Assembly: GCA_963817915.1 (NCBI GenBank) | Contig: CAWFQL010000008.1 | Coordinates: 1-12,941 of the forward strand | Source of the DNA: an uncultured candidate division Zixibacteria bacterium | GTDB taxonomy: Bacteria; Zixibacteria; MSB-5A5; UBA10806 | Direction of reading: 5' to 3' | Length of the DNA: 12,941 nt | Notes under the pieces: model-generated | What the model saw: only the letters and a program-made list of their open reading frames with translations | What the model was told of the DNA's origin: nothing | Databases searched by the model: none | Made by a program: the position numbers and the translations under genes | Part shown: in pieces, positions 1-9,241 of the stretch | Position numbering within the stretch: the first letter of the stretch is position 1 | How the letters are laid out: each line of letters opens with the position of its first letter

Positions 1-2
1 TG

Positions 3-1010
3 CGTCCATTTATTGATGAATCCCTTAAGAATCATTTGGATTTACCTAAGGCAAGAAGAGGTGGAATCGCAGGTGGATTGTTTTCTATTTGTGTCCCGGC
101 GCCTCAATCGTCACCTGAACGAAGCCCTATCTATGGCCTAAAGATTGACAAAAACGGTTATGAGATAAAATATCCACGGCCCCTCGACAACGAATATGCG
201 GCGGGATTTGCCAATGATTTAATGGATTTTGCATTTCACATAGAGCAACTGTCAGAGGGCAACGTCAAAATCACAAAAGATTTTGCCGAATTAGATCATT
301 CAATCCAAAACGGTATTATCGCTATGGTTCTACATTTCGAGGGAGCCGAGCCAATTAGATCAGATTTGAGTAATCTTGAAGGATATTATGACAAGGGCTT
401 GCGATCATTATGTCTTACCTGGAGCCGGCCTAATTCATTCGGCAATGGTGTCCAATTTTGCTATCCTCACTCGCCCGATACCGGTGATAGTTTGACATCC
501 GCGGGCAGGGAATTGGTAATGGCCTGCAATGAGCTCGGGATAATTATCGATCTGGCGCATATCAATGAAAAAGGATTCTGGGATGCCGTTAGAATATCAA
601 AACATCCGTTGGTAGCCAGCCACACTGCTGTTCATTCCTTATGTCCGTCATCTCGAAATCTCACAGATGATCAAATCGACGCGATCGGCGATTCCAATGG
701 TATTATTGGTATTATATTCGAAGCTCCAAGTATCAAGATGAAAATCAATGATGACCTAACCCCAGAATTCAATATGCCGTTAAATGAAATAGTTAATCAT
801 TTTGACTATATCATAAATCGTATTGGTATCGACCATGTCGGATTCGGCTCCGATTTCGATGGCACAGAAATGCCAGAGCAGCTTAAAGACGCGTCATATC
901 TGCCGAGTCTGATAGAATCATTCCGCGAATCGGGATACGATGAGCAATCATTAGAAAAAATTGCATATAAAAATTGGCTCAGAGTCATCAAAGATACCTG
1001 GACATCTTAG
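3..1010 (+). CDS. Membrane/renal-type dipeptidase (peptidase M19), 5'-truncated by the window edge
   Basis: The frame is open from nt 3 (RPFIDESLKNHLDLPKARRGG), so the true start lies upstream. M19 motifs are present: HLDLP..RRGG, HFEGAEPI, IIDLAHINEKGFWD, ASHT...SRNLTDDQ, GIDHVGFGSDFDG. Confidence 0.93.
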   Translation, partial: RPFIDESLKNHLDLPKARRGGIAGGLFSICVPAPQSSPERSPIYGLKIDKNGYEIKYPRPLDNEYAAGFANDLMDFAFHIEQLSEGNVKITKDFAELDHSIQNGIIAMVLHFEGAEPIRSDLSNLEGYYDKGLRSLCLTWSRPNSFGNGVQFCYPHSPDTGDSLTSAGRELVMACNELGIIIDLAHINEKGFWDAVRISKHPLVASHTAVHSLCPSSRNLTDDQIDAIGDSNGIIGIIFEAPSIKMKINDDLTPEFNMPLNEIVNHFDYIINRIGIDHVGFGSDFDGTEMPEQLKDASYLPSLIESFRESGYDEQSLEKIAYKNWLRVIKDTWTS

Positions 1011-1299
1011 AGACAAATTCATTTCAGCTGTTCGCGTTAAAAAATTAAATATATGGCAAAACGCTTAATCGTTAGAAGACGAGATTATCAATATATTTTT
1101 ATTAATAATAATCATTTTCATAATTACTCGGAACAATCAGCCGGGTATTGGCGATTTAATTGTCATATGAAATTGGGGATTTTAGACAATGATTGACAGT
1201 ACGACTCGACACATGTTGAACGGTGAAATTAAATCGAGAATCTGGGGAATTCGCCAGAGCCATTTGGAATATATAATCTAACCTGAAAGGAGCATTACA

Positions 1300-1578
1300 A
1301 TGGCATCCAAGAACGAATTCATGGTTATTTCTCCTCATACGAAGGAGGAATGTCTTGCGGCATTGGACGCGGCCGCCAAACAGGGTAAGGAATCCCTGAA
1401 TAAGCTGGAATGGGGATGTATGGAAGGCGACCACACCGCTTACGCGATTTATGAGGCCGAAAGCGCGGAAGCAGCTATGAAATTAGTGCCCGAGAATGTT
1501 CGCAGCAAGGCACGGGTGATCAAAGTCGCCAAATTTACTACCGATCAAATTCGTAAATTTCACGAACAATACGCCTAG
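1300..1578 (+). CDS. Small conserved-looking hypothetical protein (92 aa) with His/Cys residues; possible DUF3303/DUF4242-like alpha-beta barrel
   Basis: Strong RBS (GAAAGGAG) just upstream of the ATG, a TATAAT at 1272-1277 and a downstream hairpin. Motifs SPHTKEECL, WGCMEGDH and EAESAEAA. The family call is from memory and tentative. Confidence 0.8.
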   Translation: MASKNEFMVISPHTKEECLAALDAAAKQGKESLNKLEWGCMEGDHTAYAIYEAESAEAAMKLVPENVRSKARVIKVAKFTTDQIRKFHEQYA

Positions 1579-1617
1579 AAACAAAAGCAAATAACTTTAT
1601 CCCTTTTTCAAAATTCG

Positions 1618-1648
1618 TATGGAGGAGAGATACCCGCTCTCCTCCATA
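1618..1648 (+). terminator. 12-bp hairpin, probable intrinsic terminator of the 1300-1578 gene
   Basis: TATGGAGGAGAG-atacccg-CTCTCCTCCATA, followed by a weak U-rich tract (tattgttg). Confidence 0.6.
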
Positions 1649-1679
1649 TATTGTTGCTTGGTGTGAGATATTATTCCAA

Positions 1680-3257
1680 TTGACTATCCGGGATTTGTCG
1701 GCTAATATTTTAGCAATGATAGCGAATGTAATCTCCCGTGTACTAAATAATAAAATCCTATCTCTGGCATTAATAATCGCGGTGGCCGTAATAATCCGAA
1801 TTATCTCATTCTATGGCTATTATGGATCCGATGATGGCACCTACGCCGAGCTTTCGCATAAGATGGCCATCGGTGCATATGATGTCCTCAAGTTCGAAGG
1901 CGCTCCCGTTTTCCCAATGAGAATTGGTCTGATCGCGCCTACATCTCTGGCATTTAGCATTGTCGGCACGAGCGAATTTGCCATGCTGATTTACCCGTTC
2001 CTATTATCGCTTGCCGGGATAATTTTGGCTTATCTGATCGCTTCAGTGTTTACGAATTACAAAACCGGATTGCTTGCCGCTCTATTAATGGCGCTTCTTC
2101 CTATCGACGCCAGATCAGCCTCGTTGCTATTACCTGATTTACCTGCCGCCTTCTGGGCCAATTTGGGACTATATCTTATTTATTGCGCCTCGCGCGGAAA
2201 GCAGACTCAAAACCGACTTATCTTGGGTTTATTAGCAGGATTAGCGCTCGGTTGCTCCTGGCTCTGTAAAGAGAGCGTTATCTTCTTACTGCCGTTTATA
2301 CTGTTTTACCTGGTGTTATTGTATAAATCTGAAAGAATGAATTTGGCAATAATTATAGGGCTGGCGCTAAGCTTTATCGCCGTTGTCTTGGCCGAATCAT
2401 TTGCATATTATTTCCATGCAGGTGATTTACTTTTCAGGCTTCATCAAACCGAACGAAATTATGAAGTCGCCAAAATGTGGTTTTTCTCGGAAGGCAGTGA
2501 ATTTGGATGGCAGCCCGGTGCTTATCTGGCCGGGCTAGCCAAACGATTATTTATCAGCGGACCGAAAATTATATTTTTTAGCAGGGGCCTTTCGCTGGTA
2601 AATCTTATCGCTCTTGGAGCGTCAATTTATCTTATCATAATGAAGAAAAAGAATTACAAAATTATAATATTCTGGTTTCTATCATTATTAATATTTTTCA
2701 ATTTTGGGACATCGAGTGTCACTTCATATAAACCATTAGCTCTTTTCGATAGATACATATATCTGATGCTATTGCCGGCAATAATCTTAACCGCGATAAT
2801 CACGCTTGAATTATTGGCCTCTAATGGCACAAATGATCGAATAATATTTATTCGCAAACCCATTTGGGGATATTTGATATTAATTGGGTTTACTTTAGTG
2901 AGTATTTGGACAATATCGAGATACTCGAGTACCGGTAAAGCCAGTCCAGTCGAACGATCTGTCGTGAGGTTAATTTCCCCATCAGATAAGTTATATACGG
3001 ATACTCGCACAGCATGGGTCTTGGAGTTTTTCTGGAAATATCCAAAGTCGCCTAATGTGCATGATTACGCGGGACTTGATAAATCGAATATTACTGATTC
3101 GTCGTATGTTCTAATTAATCGAGAAAGAGCTGACTATATTCACACTACTTATGATTATAGTTTACCAAAGTTTTACAATGATATTCCCGTCAATTGGCTA
3201 TTAAAATGGCATAACGCCACTGCGGAATTATATTTTGTTCGGGCACGGCCCAATTAA
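1680..3257 (+). CDS. ArnT/PMT-like (GT-C fold, GT39/GT83-like) membrane glycosyltransferase
   Basis: Polytopic membrane protein. Acidic first-loop motif GSDDGTY, LLPDLP, conserved LCKES, DRYIYLMLLP, and a soluble C-terminal domain. The start may be TTG 1680 or ATG 1716. Confidence 0.85.
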   Translation: MTIRDLSANILAMIANVISRVLNNKILSLALIIAVAVIIRIISFYGYYGSDDGTYAELSHKMAIGAYDVLKFEGAPVFPMRIGLIAPTSLAFSIVGTSEFAMLIYPFLLSLAGIILAYLIASVFTNYKTGLLAALLMALLPIDARSASLLLPDLPAAFWANLGLYLIYCASRGKQTQNRLILGLLAGLALGCSWLCKESVIFLLPFILFYLVLLYKSERMNLAIIIGLALSFIAVVLAESFAYYFHAGDLLFRLHQTERNYEVAKMWFFSEGSEFGWQPGAYLAGLAKRLFISGPKIIFFSRGLSLVNLIALGASIYLIIMKKKNYKIIIFWFLSLLIFFNFGTSSVTSYKPLALFDRYIYLMLLPAIILTAIITLELLASNGTNDRIIFIRKPIWGYLILIGFTLVSIWTISRYSSTGKASPVERSVVRLISPSDKLYTDTRTAWVLEFFWKYPKSPNVHDYAGLDKSNITDSSYVLINRERADYIHTTYDYSLPKFYNDIPVNWLLKWHNATAELYFVRARPN

Positions 3258-3310
3258 ACATTAAATATCAAAAACTGCTGATTTTACAGGATACAACTTT
3301 AATTCGTAAA

Positions 3311-3928
3311 TTACTTCGCCCTAATCGAACTTATCAAGTTGGCAAAATCGCCCGATGATGCCGCAACAGTATTCTCCGGTCCGATCATTTTGAAAAACAC
3401 AATTCCCTCGGGGCTCTCGACTATGGCTCCCATTAAATGCCATCGAGGTTTTCTTTCGATAATATCCAGATTCATCCCAGACGCGAGCTTATATGTTCCT
3501 TTAATGTCCACAGTAGTAATCTTGAGATTGCCTTTTGAAATTTCGGATACTTTCGCGGAATCAAGGGCGTTCCCACCGTCCTGTCGTTCGAATTGCTCGG
3601 CCCATCTCTGCAAATTAGCGTTTTTATCTCCTCCGCCACCCGAAAAATAGAAAACGCCGCATTCGCCATTATCAGTATCACCATTTTGCGCTTTGATAAT
3701 ATATGTTTTGATTCGCATCGGGCGATCCTGCCCGGCTATCCAGGTTGATGGAGCAATCCAGGTAATCCCGCCGGCGGAATCGCTCACGCCGCTGGAAATC
3801 GCGGTTGAATCAATAGCGATTTTATTTAATTCGGATTTGGATTCCTTTTTATTTGCGCACGCCGCGATAATCGATATAATCAAAACCAATGACAAAATAT
3901 GAATTTTAAATAATTTACTATTGCGCAT
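3311..3928 (-). CDS. Predicted lipoprotein, PsbP/Mog1-like hypothetical
   Basis: The ATG at 3928 follows a GAGGA RBS (the ORF-track start at 3976 overlaps the upstream gene). Signal peptide MRNSKLFK...IIAA-C. Motifs W.AP..W, GG...ANLQRW..QF and FFKMIGP..TV. Confidence 0.75.
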   Translation of the reverse strand: MRNSKLFKIHILSLVLIISIIAACANKKESKSELNKIAIDSTAISSGVSDSAGGITWIAPSTWIAGQDRPMRIKTYIIKAQNGDTDNGECGVFYFSGGGGDKNANLQRWAEQFERQDGGNALDSAKVSEISKGNLKITTVDIKGTYKLASGMNLDIIERKPRWHLMGAIVESPEGIVFFKMIGPENTVAASSGDFANLISSIRAK

Positions 3929-3932
3929 ATTA

Positions 3933-4409
3933 TTATCCTCTGGGGTGAAGCTCGTTTTCTTCATTTTTAATATCATCGAAGTCCTTCAATCTTAATCTGA
4001 ATAATTGATAATGAATCAGCGATATTGCTACAAAAAGAAATAGCATCTCAAATTTATTGCCAAGGAGTACAATGACCAATCCGTAAGTCGAGATTGCCAT
4101 TGCGAATGCCGCCATGATAACGCTTATCGTGTTTAGTTTGATTTCAGGACTATTTGACTGCGTGGTTTTCGATAATTTGGCCATTAGCGATTTCCGAACA
4201 AAAAAAGCTGCAGGAAATTCCGAAAGAGCGACAAGAAATATCACTTCCGTTAACAAATCGAGCTTAAACCCTTCTTGAGAAATACGCTCCTGAGTCACCA
4301 AATACCCTATAGCGGCCATTACTATGGCACTTCCCAGCACCATCATCAGCGAAATCAGCGAAAGCCTCGAGATAGTTTCCACTTTTTGCTGTTCGGAATT
4401 GAATTTCAT
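3933..4409 (-). CDS. Hypothetical integral membrane protein (~4 TM helices)
   Basis: Four hydrophobic segments. Its start overlaps the tadA stop (ATGA) and its stop lies 4 nt before the lipoprotein ATG, consistent with an operon. Confidence 0.75.
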   Translation of the reverse strand: MKFNSEQQKVETISRLSLISLMMVLGSAIVMAAIGYLVTQERISQEGFKLDLLTEVIFLVALSEFPAAFFVRKSLMAKLSKTTQSNSPEIKLNTISVIMAAFAMAISTYGLVIVLLGNKFEMLFLFVAISLIHYQLFRLRLKDFDDIKNEENELHPRG

Positions 4410-4888
4410 TTATTTTCTCTCCTCTTAGTCTTGAAAAATTCCTGCATTATGGCGGCGCATTCCGGTTCCATTATTGATTCGGTCACCATTATTTGATGAT
4501 TCAGCTTCTTTTCGGCAGGGATATTAAATATCGATCCGCAAGCTCCGAATTTTGGATCCCGCGCTCCGAAGACCAAGCGTCCGACTCGCGCCAGTACCAA
4601 CGCGCCGCAACACATGGCGCAAGGCTCGATAGTTGAATATACCGTACAATCTATCAGCCTCCAGGATTGCAAATTCTCTGAAGCGGCTGTAATCGCCAAT
4701 ATCTCCGCGTGCGCCGTGGCATCCTGCAATCCTTCAGTGCGGTTATGCCCTCTGCCAATTAATATATTATCGTGTACGATTACGCATCCAACAGGTACTT
4801 CGCCTTTCGCGAACGCCTTTTTTGCCTCTCTTAAGGCTTCACGCATGAATCTTTCGTCTGTTTCGGGAAAGCCCAATTCAAATTCCAT
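4406..4888 (-). CDS. tadA: tRNA adenosine(34) deaminase
   Basis: DERFMREAL, GEVPVG, HN...DATAHAE (HxE), TIEPCAMC (PCxxC), ARDPKFGACGS, LNH and FF..KR. The ATG is at 4888, with an in-frame TTG at 4891. Confidence 0.95.
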   Translation of the reverse strand: MEFELGFPETDERFMREALREAKKAFAKGEVPVGCVIVHDNILIGRGHNRTEGLQDATAHAEILAITAASENLQSWRLIDCTVYSTIEPCAMCCGALVLARVGRLVFGARDPKFGACGSIFNIPAEKKLNHQIMVTESIMEPECAAIMQEFFKTKRRENK

Positions 4889-4939
4889 CAACCTATTTTA
4901 CATTCGGATGCCCAAAAATCAAATCTTTTATTTTGGCCT

Positions 4940-4968
4940 TTGAAAACCAGACGGATATATGGTATAAG
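4940..4968 (+). promoter_or_regulatory. Putative sigma70 promoter for the methyltransferase-metalloprotease pair
   Basis: TTGAAA (4940-4945), N17, TATAAG (4963-4968), with an extended -10 TG at 4960-4961. It lies in the divergent tadA/methyltransferase intergenic region. Confidence 0.5.
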
Positions 4969-4998
4969 CAATTCAAATGTTTTACGAAAGGGTGAGCT

Positions 4999-5739
4999 AT
5001 GGGGGATAAGAATCGTTGGGAAGAATTTTTTGACGGCCACGCGCCGAAATATATGCAGAATGTATTCACCAAAAATACATTCGCGGAGGTTAATTTTATT
5101 GTCGATGAATTGAAATTACCTAAGGGAAGCGAGATTCTCGATATCGGTTGCGGTACCGGCAGGCATAGTGTGGAACTCGCCGAACGAGGCTATAAGATGA
5201 CGGGTGTTGATATATCATCCGGGATGCTGGCGCAGGCCGAAAAGGCCGCCCGCGCCGCAGGTGTGGAAATCGAATTGATTCAATGCGACGCCGCCAAATA
5301 CAAAGCCGAGAAATCATTCGATGCCGCCATTTGCCTCTGCGAAGGAGCCTTCTGCCTGCTCGGACAAGACGATGATCCTATCGAGCGAGATATCGCTATT
5401 CTGAGCAATATCTATGATGCCCTCAAGCCCGAATCCAAATTCATCCTGACTGCTCTAAACGGACTTCTGAAAATCAGGCAGTACTCCCAAAAAGATATCG
5501 ATAAGGGCCTATTCGATCATCTGAATATTATCGAGCTGTGTGAAATGGAACTCGAACTGCCTGGATTACGTAAGACTATAACAGGGCGCGAAAAAGGATA
5601 CGTTGCCTCTGAATTGAAATTGCTCTTTCATTTTTCAGGATTTGGAATAGAAAATATTTATGGCGGCACTGCCGGGAATTGGGGGAGAAGGCCGCTTGAT
5701 ATCGATGAAATGGAAATAATGATCATTGCAAAGAAATAA
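4999..5739 (+). CDS. Class I SAM-dependent methyltransferase
   Basis: Motif I ILDIGCGTGRH, then TGVDISSGML, IQCDA and FDAAICL. Confidence 0.92.
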   Translation: MGDKNRWEEFFDGHAPKYMQNVFTKNTFAEVNFIVDELKLPKGSEILDIGCGTGRHSVELAERGYKMTGVDISSGMLAQAEKAARAAGVEIELIQCDAAKYKAEKSFDAAICLCEGAFCLLGQDDDPIERDIAILSNIYDALKPESKFILTALNGLLKIRQYSQKDIDKGLFDHLNIIELCEMELELPGLRKTITGREKGYVASELKLLFHFSGFGIENIYGGTAGNWGRRPLDIDEMEIMIIAKK

Positions 5740-5759
5740 AAATAACTTGAGGAGGCTTG

Positions 5760-8394
5760 ATGAGGTTTTCGATTAAGAATCTATTCGCCGCGTTATTGTT
5801 ACTGGCGATCGCGTTCCCCGCGGAAAATTCGATCGCAAAAAAGGAAGAGCCGAAGCCGGACGAAAGTAAAGGCAAACAATTCGGCGACGTAATCAAAGAT
5901 TATTCTAAGATCGAGGGACTATTTACATTTTATACCAAATCGGATGAGGGCAAAGTCTATCTGGCAATCAAGCCCGATCAATTGAATAAAATATTCCTCT
6001 GTGGCATTACCCGTTCAGCGGGCGATGGTACTTTCTACGACAACAGCGCGCAGGACAATGAATTTCCATTCGAATTCAAGCGAGTCGGCAAGACGATTCA
6101 ATTGGTACAAATTAACCTTCGTTTCAGGGCTGATTCAACATCGGCCCTATCGCGTGCCATCGACCGCGGTGTCAGCAATTCGATCTTCGGAGTTGCCAAA
6201 ATAGAATCGTTGCCTGACAAAGACACGCAAGCCTTGCTGGTCGATCCCACTACGTTTTTTATTCAGGATGTTGACAACACCACATATTTTCTCGGCAAAG
6301 AACAAAAGCTCGAATATAGCTTCGACAGAGAAAACAGCTATTTTGCCACAATCAAATCATTTCCTTTAAATAGCGAATTCGATGTCAACCTGCATTTCAG
6401 GACATCAAAGCCGAATGGCGCTCAGACATTCCCCAGCCCCTACAGCATGATTTTGACATATCATTATTCGCTGTCGCAATTGACTCAAACAGATTATAAG
6501 CCTCGTCTGGCCGATGACCGCGTGGGTTACTTCCAGACGATTTACCAGGACTACACGCATCTCGATTCTGAGACTCCCTATGTGCGCTACGTATCTCGTT
6601 GGAATCTTCAGAAGTCCGATCCCAAGGCGCCGTTATCTCCGCCAAAAGAACCTATAGTCTTCTGGATGGAAAACACCATCCCGGTCGAATATCGTCCCTA
6701 TGTCGAAAAGGGTATTCTGGCTTGGAATAAGGCGTTCGAGAAGGCAGGCTTCAAGGATGCCGTGGTTGTCAAACAGATGCCCGATACTGCATCATGGGAT
6801 CCCGCAGATATTCGTTACAATACTGTCCGATGGATGCTCTATCCGGGCGGCACCTATGCGGTCGGGCCATCGCGCACGAATCCATTCACCGGGCAGATAT
6901 ACGATGCCGATATCAGGGTCTGCGCCGATTTGATTCGCTACCTCTACATGCAATCGCAGTATACAATCACTCCCATCAAGGCTCGAAATGGCAATCAAAT
7001 GTCCGACGACATTCCCAATCCCTACAATGACAATTTCGCTGAGGAATCCGCCAATGATGCCGCCTTCGGTTACGATGTCCTCTGGGCGCGCTCTGATTTC
7101 GCCGACAAGGATTCGATTACAACTGAATTTGTTCAAAGCTATATAGTTGATCTCGTCATGCACGAGGTCGGGCATACATTGGGATTACGCCACAACTTCA
7201 AGGCGTCATCGGTGCGAAGTAACACCGAACGGCATAACAAAATGCTGACATCGGTCGAGGGACTGACCGGCTCCACCATGGATTATAATCCTGCCAATAT
7301 CGCGCCTAAGGGTGTCGAGCAGGGCGAATATTTCCATTCGGTGCCGGGAGCATATGATCTCTGGGCGATTGAGTACGGCTATACACCAACCGATGCCGCC
7401 ACGCCCGAGGCTGAAAAGCCCGCTCTCGATAAAATCGCTTCACGTTGCGCCGAACCGCAATTGATATATGCCACCGATGAGGACGTCTTCGGCAACTCGA
7501 CGCGCGCCATTGATCCGCTGTGCAGTCAATTCGATATGAGCTCCGATCCGATCGCATATTACAAGGACGAGATTTCGCTGACCAAGGAGCTATGGGGCAA
7601 GATCGAGGAGAAATTCGGCAAGGACGGCAACCGCTACCAGATGATGATGTCGGCATTCGATAAGGGATGGCGCTCGTATCGCTACGCGGCGATGTTGGCG
7701 CCGAAATTTATATCGGGCGTTTATCGTTACAATGACCATGTCGGCGATTCCAAGACCAGACTGCCATTCGAGCCGGTCTCTGCGGCCAAACAAAAAGAAG
7801 CGATGAAGTTTCTGAAAGATTATATTCTCGCGCCCGACGCTTTCCAGTTCCCGTCGTCGCTATTGAATAAGCTCCAGCCTGAACGGATGGAAGATTTCGG
7901 ATTTTCGGCGGGCAGTATCCAACGGCTCGATTATCCGATTCACGATGTCGTCTTCGCGGTTCAGAAACGGCCGATTGACCGTCTCTATGATCCTCTCGTG
8001 CTTTCGCGCATGCAGGATATCGAGCTTCGTTACGCGCCCGGCGCGGAGAAATATACGATGGCCGATATGTTTCCCGAACTGCGCGACGCTATCTGGAGCG
8101 AGCTTACCGCCGGAACGAATATCAACAGCTTCCGCCGCGATCTCCAACGATACCATCTCGAAAAGCTGATCGGCCTGATGCTCGATAAATCGCTGAATAT
8201 CCCGGAGGACGCCCGCAACCTGGCCCGCAACGATATGAAGACCCTGCAGAAACGAATCACCGACAGCTCAACTCAAGCCCGGCTTGAATCTTTTCACTCG
8301 CAGTCATCTCGATGAAACCAAATCGCGTATCGACGCCGCTCTGGTAGCCAGCCTCCAGCGCAGCCTCAAAGCCCCCGATATGCCGGGACAATAG
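5760..8394 (+). CDS. Secreted zinc-dependent metalloprotease (metzincin; DUF5118/DUF5117/DUF4953 EcxA-like), with a +1 frameshift near 8260-8272
   Basis: AGGAGG RBS and a signal peptide. PRLADDRVGYF, RWNL, DIRYN..RW, NPFTGQIYDAD, HEVGHTLGLRHNF (HExxHxxGxxH) and the Met-turn STMDY. The original frame stops at 8315, but the +1 frame continues TRSHLDETKSRIDAAL...GQ* to 8394. Confidence 0.9.
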
Positions 8395-8407
8395 ATATCG
8401 ATGCCCG

Positions 8408-8434
8408 GTAGGGGCGAGGTCACCTCGCCCCTAC
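8408..8434. repeat. GTAG-family REP-like palindrome
   Basis: GTAGGGGCGAGG-TCA-CCTCGCCCCTAC: a perfect 12-bp inverted repeat bounded by GTAG/CTAC, starting 14 nt after the frameshift-corrected metalloprotease stop. Confidence 0.8.
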
Positions 8435-8483
8435 ATTGTCAGTGGTGTGAGAAATCCCTTTTTAACCTATAGTAAAGGAGTTT

Positions 8484-9179
8484 ATGCCGGTCAAACTGAT
8501 TTCAAACGAAAAAATTCAGATTGCAATCTTTGATCTGATAGACGAAGCGGGAGAATTTCTCTTATTGGTCTCGCCCTATATCAAGATATGGGGGCATTTG
8601 CGAAATCACATGGAAAAATGCAAGGCAAAGACAAAAGTAGCTATTGTTCGAGATGAGAATCTTGACGAGAAGGCCGAAGTAATAAGTGAGCTCAATCAAC
8701 TTGGCTTTATGGTAAAAGTACTACAAAATCTCCATGCCAAAATTTACCTAAGCGACAAAGCTTGTATTATCTCATCCATGAACCTCTACGATTTTTCAGC
8801 CGCCAATAGCGAGGACGTCGCATTATTAATTTCAGACAAAGAAAGTTTGATCGAAATCAAGAAATATGTCAAAGATAATCTCTCGTTTCGATCAAATGAA
8901 TTCGATCCAAAAAAGCTCAAACCAAGCGGTGCCCGGCCAGATCAAAAGAAGAAATACAAACGAATTGAGACTAAGGCAGATTCAGGCGGTCATTGTATCC
9001 GCTGTGGGAATGCCATAAAACTCAACCCAGAAAGACCATACTGCAAATCTTGTTTCGAGTCTTGGGCGCTCTATGAGAACCATGAATATCGGGAAAAGCA
9101 CTGTCATGTTTGTGGCAAGCCAGAAGCCACGACAATTCTAAAGCCGGTTTGCGGAATATGTTATCGAAAAGGCATTTAG
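8484..9179 (+). CDS. Phospholipase D-family (single HKD) nuclease-like protein with a C-terminal four-CxxC zinc-binding domain
   Basis: AAAGGAG RBS. LVSPYI, HAKIYLSD-x6-SMN (HxK-x4-D) and a downstream NSE. C-terminal CIRC, CKSC, CHVC and CGIC. No signal peptide. Confidence 0.85.
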   Translation: MPVKLISNEKIQIAIFDLIDEAGEFLLLVSPYIKIWGHLRNHMEKCKAKTKVAIVRDENLDEKAEVISELNQLGFMVKVLQNLHAKIYLSDKACIISSMNLYDFSAANSEDVALLISDKESLIEIKKYVKDNLSFRSNEFDPKKLKPSGARPDQKKKYKRIETKADSGGHCIRCGNAIKLNPERPYCKSCFESWALYENHEYREKHCHVCGKPEATTILKPVCGICYRKGI

Positions 9180-9241
9180 GATGGCGTGTAGAAAAAGAAT
9201 GTTTTAGCCTTTCAATAGGGTCAAGAATCCTAAGTTGGCTA

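Noticed and set aside
1193..1225. TTGACA upstream of the small gene as a -35 element
   Set aside because: No acceptable -10 hexamer at 16-18 nt spacing.
4912..4936. CCAAAA-N13-TTTTGG inverted repeat in the divergent tadA promoter region
   Set aside because: Short, low-complexity and single-copy in AT-rich DNA; cannot be distinguished from chance.
806..5317. Overlapping ORFs 806-991, 1156-1434, 2654-3010, 3339-3650, 3472-3684, 3693-3902, 4275-4496, 4614-4943 and 5120-5317
   Set aside because: Antisense or out-of-frame overlaps of better-supported genes, with no motifs.
6001..8260. Many short alternative-frame and antisense ORFs inside the metalloprotease
   Set aside because: Shadow ORFs expected in GC-rich coding DNA; no recognisable motifs, and they lie fully within a well-supported gene.
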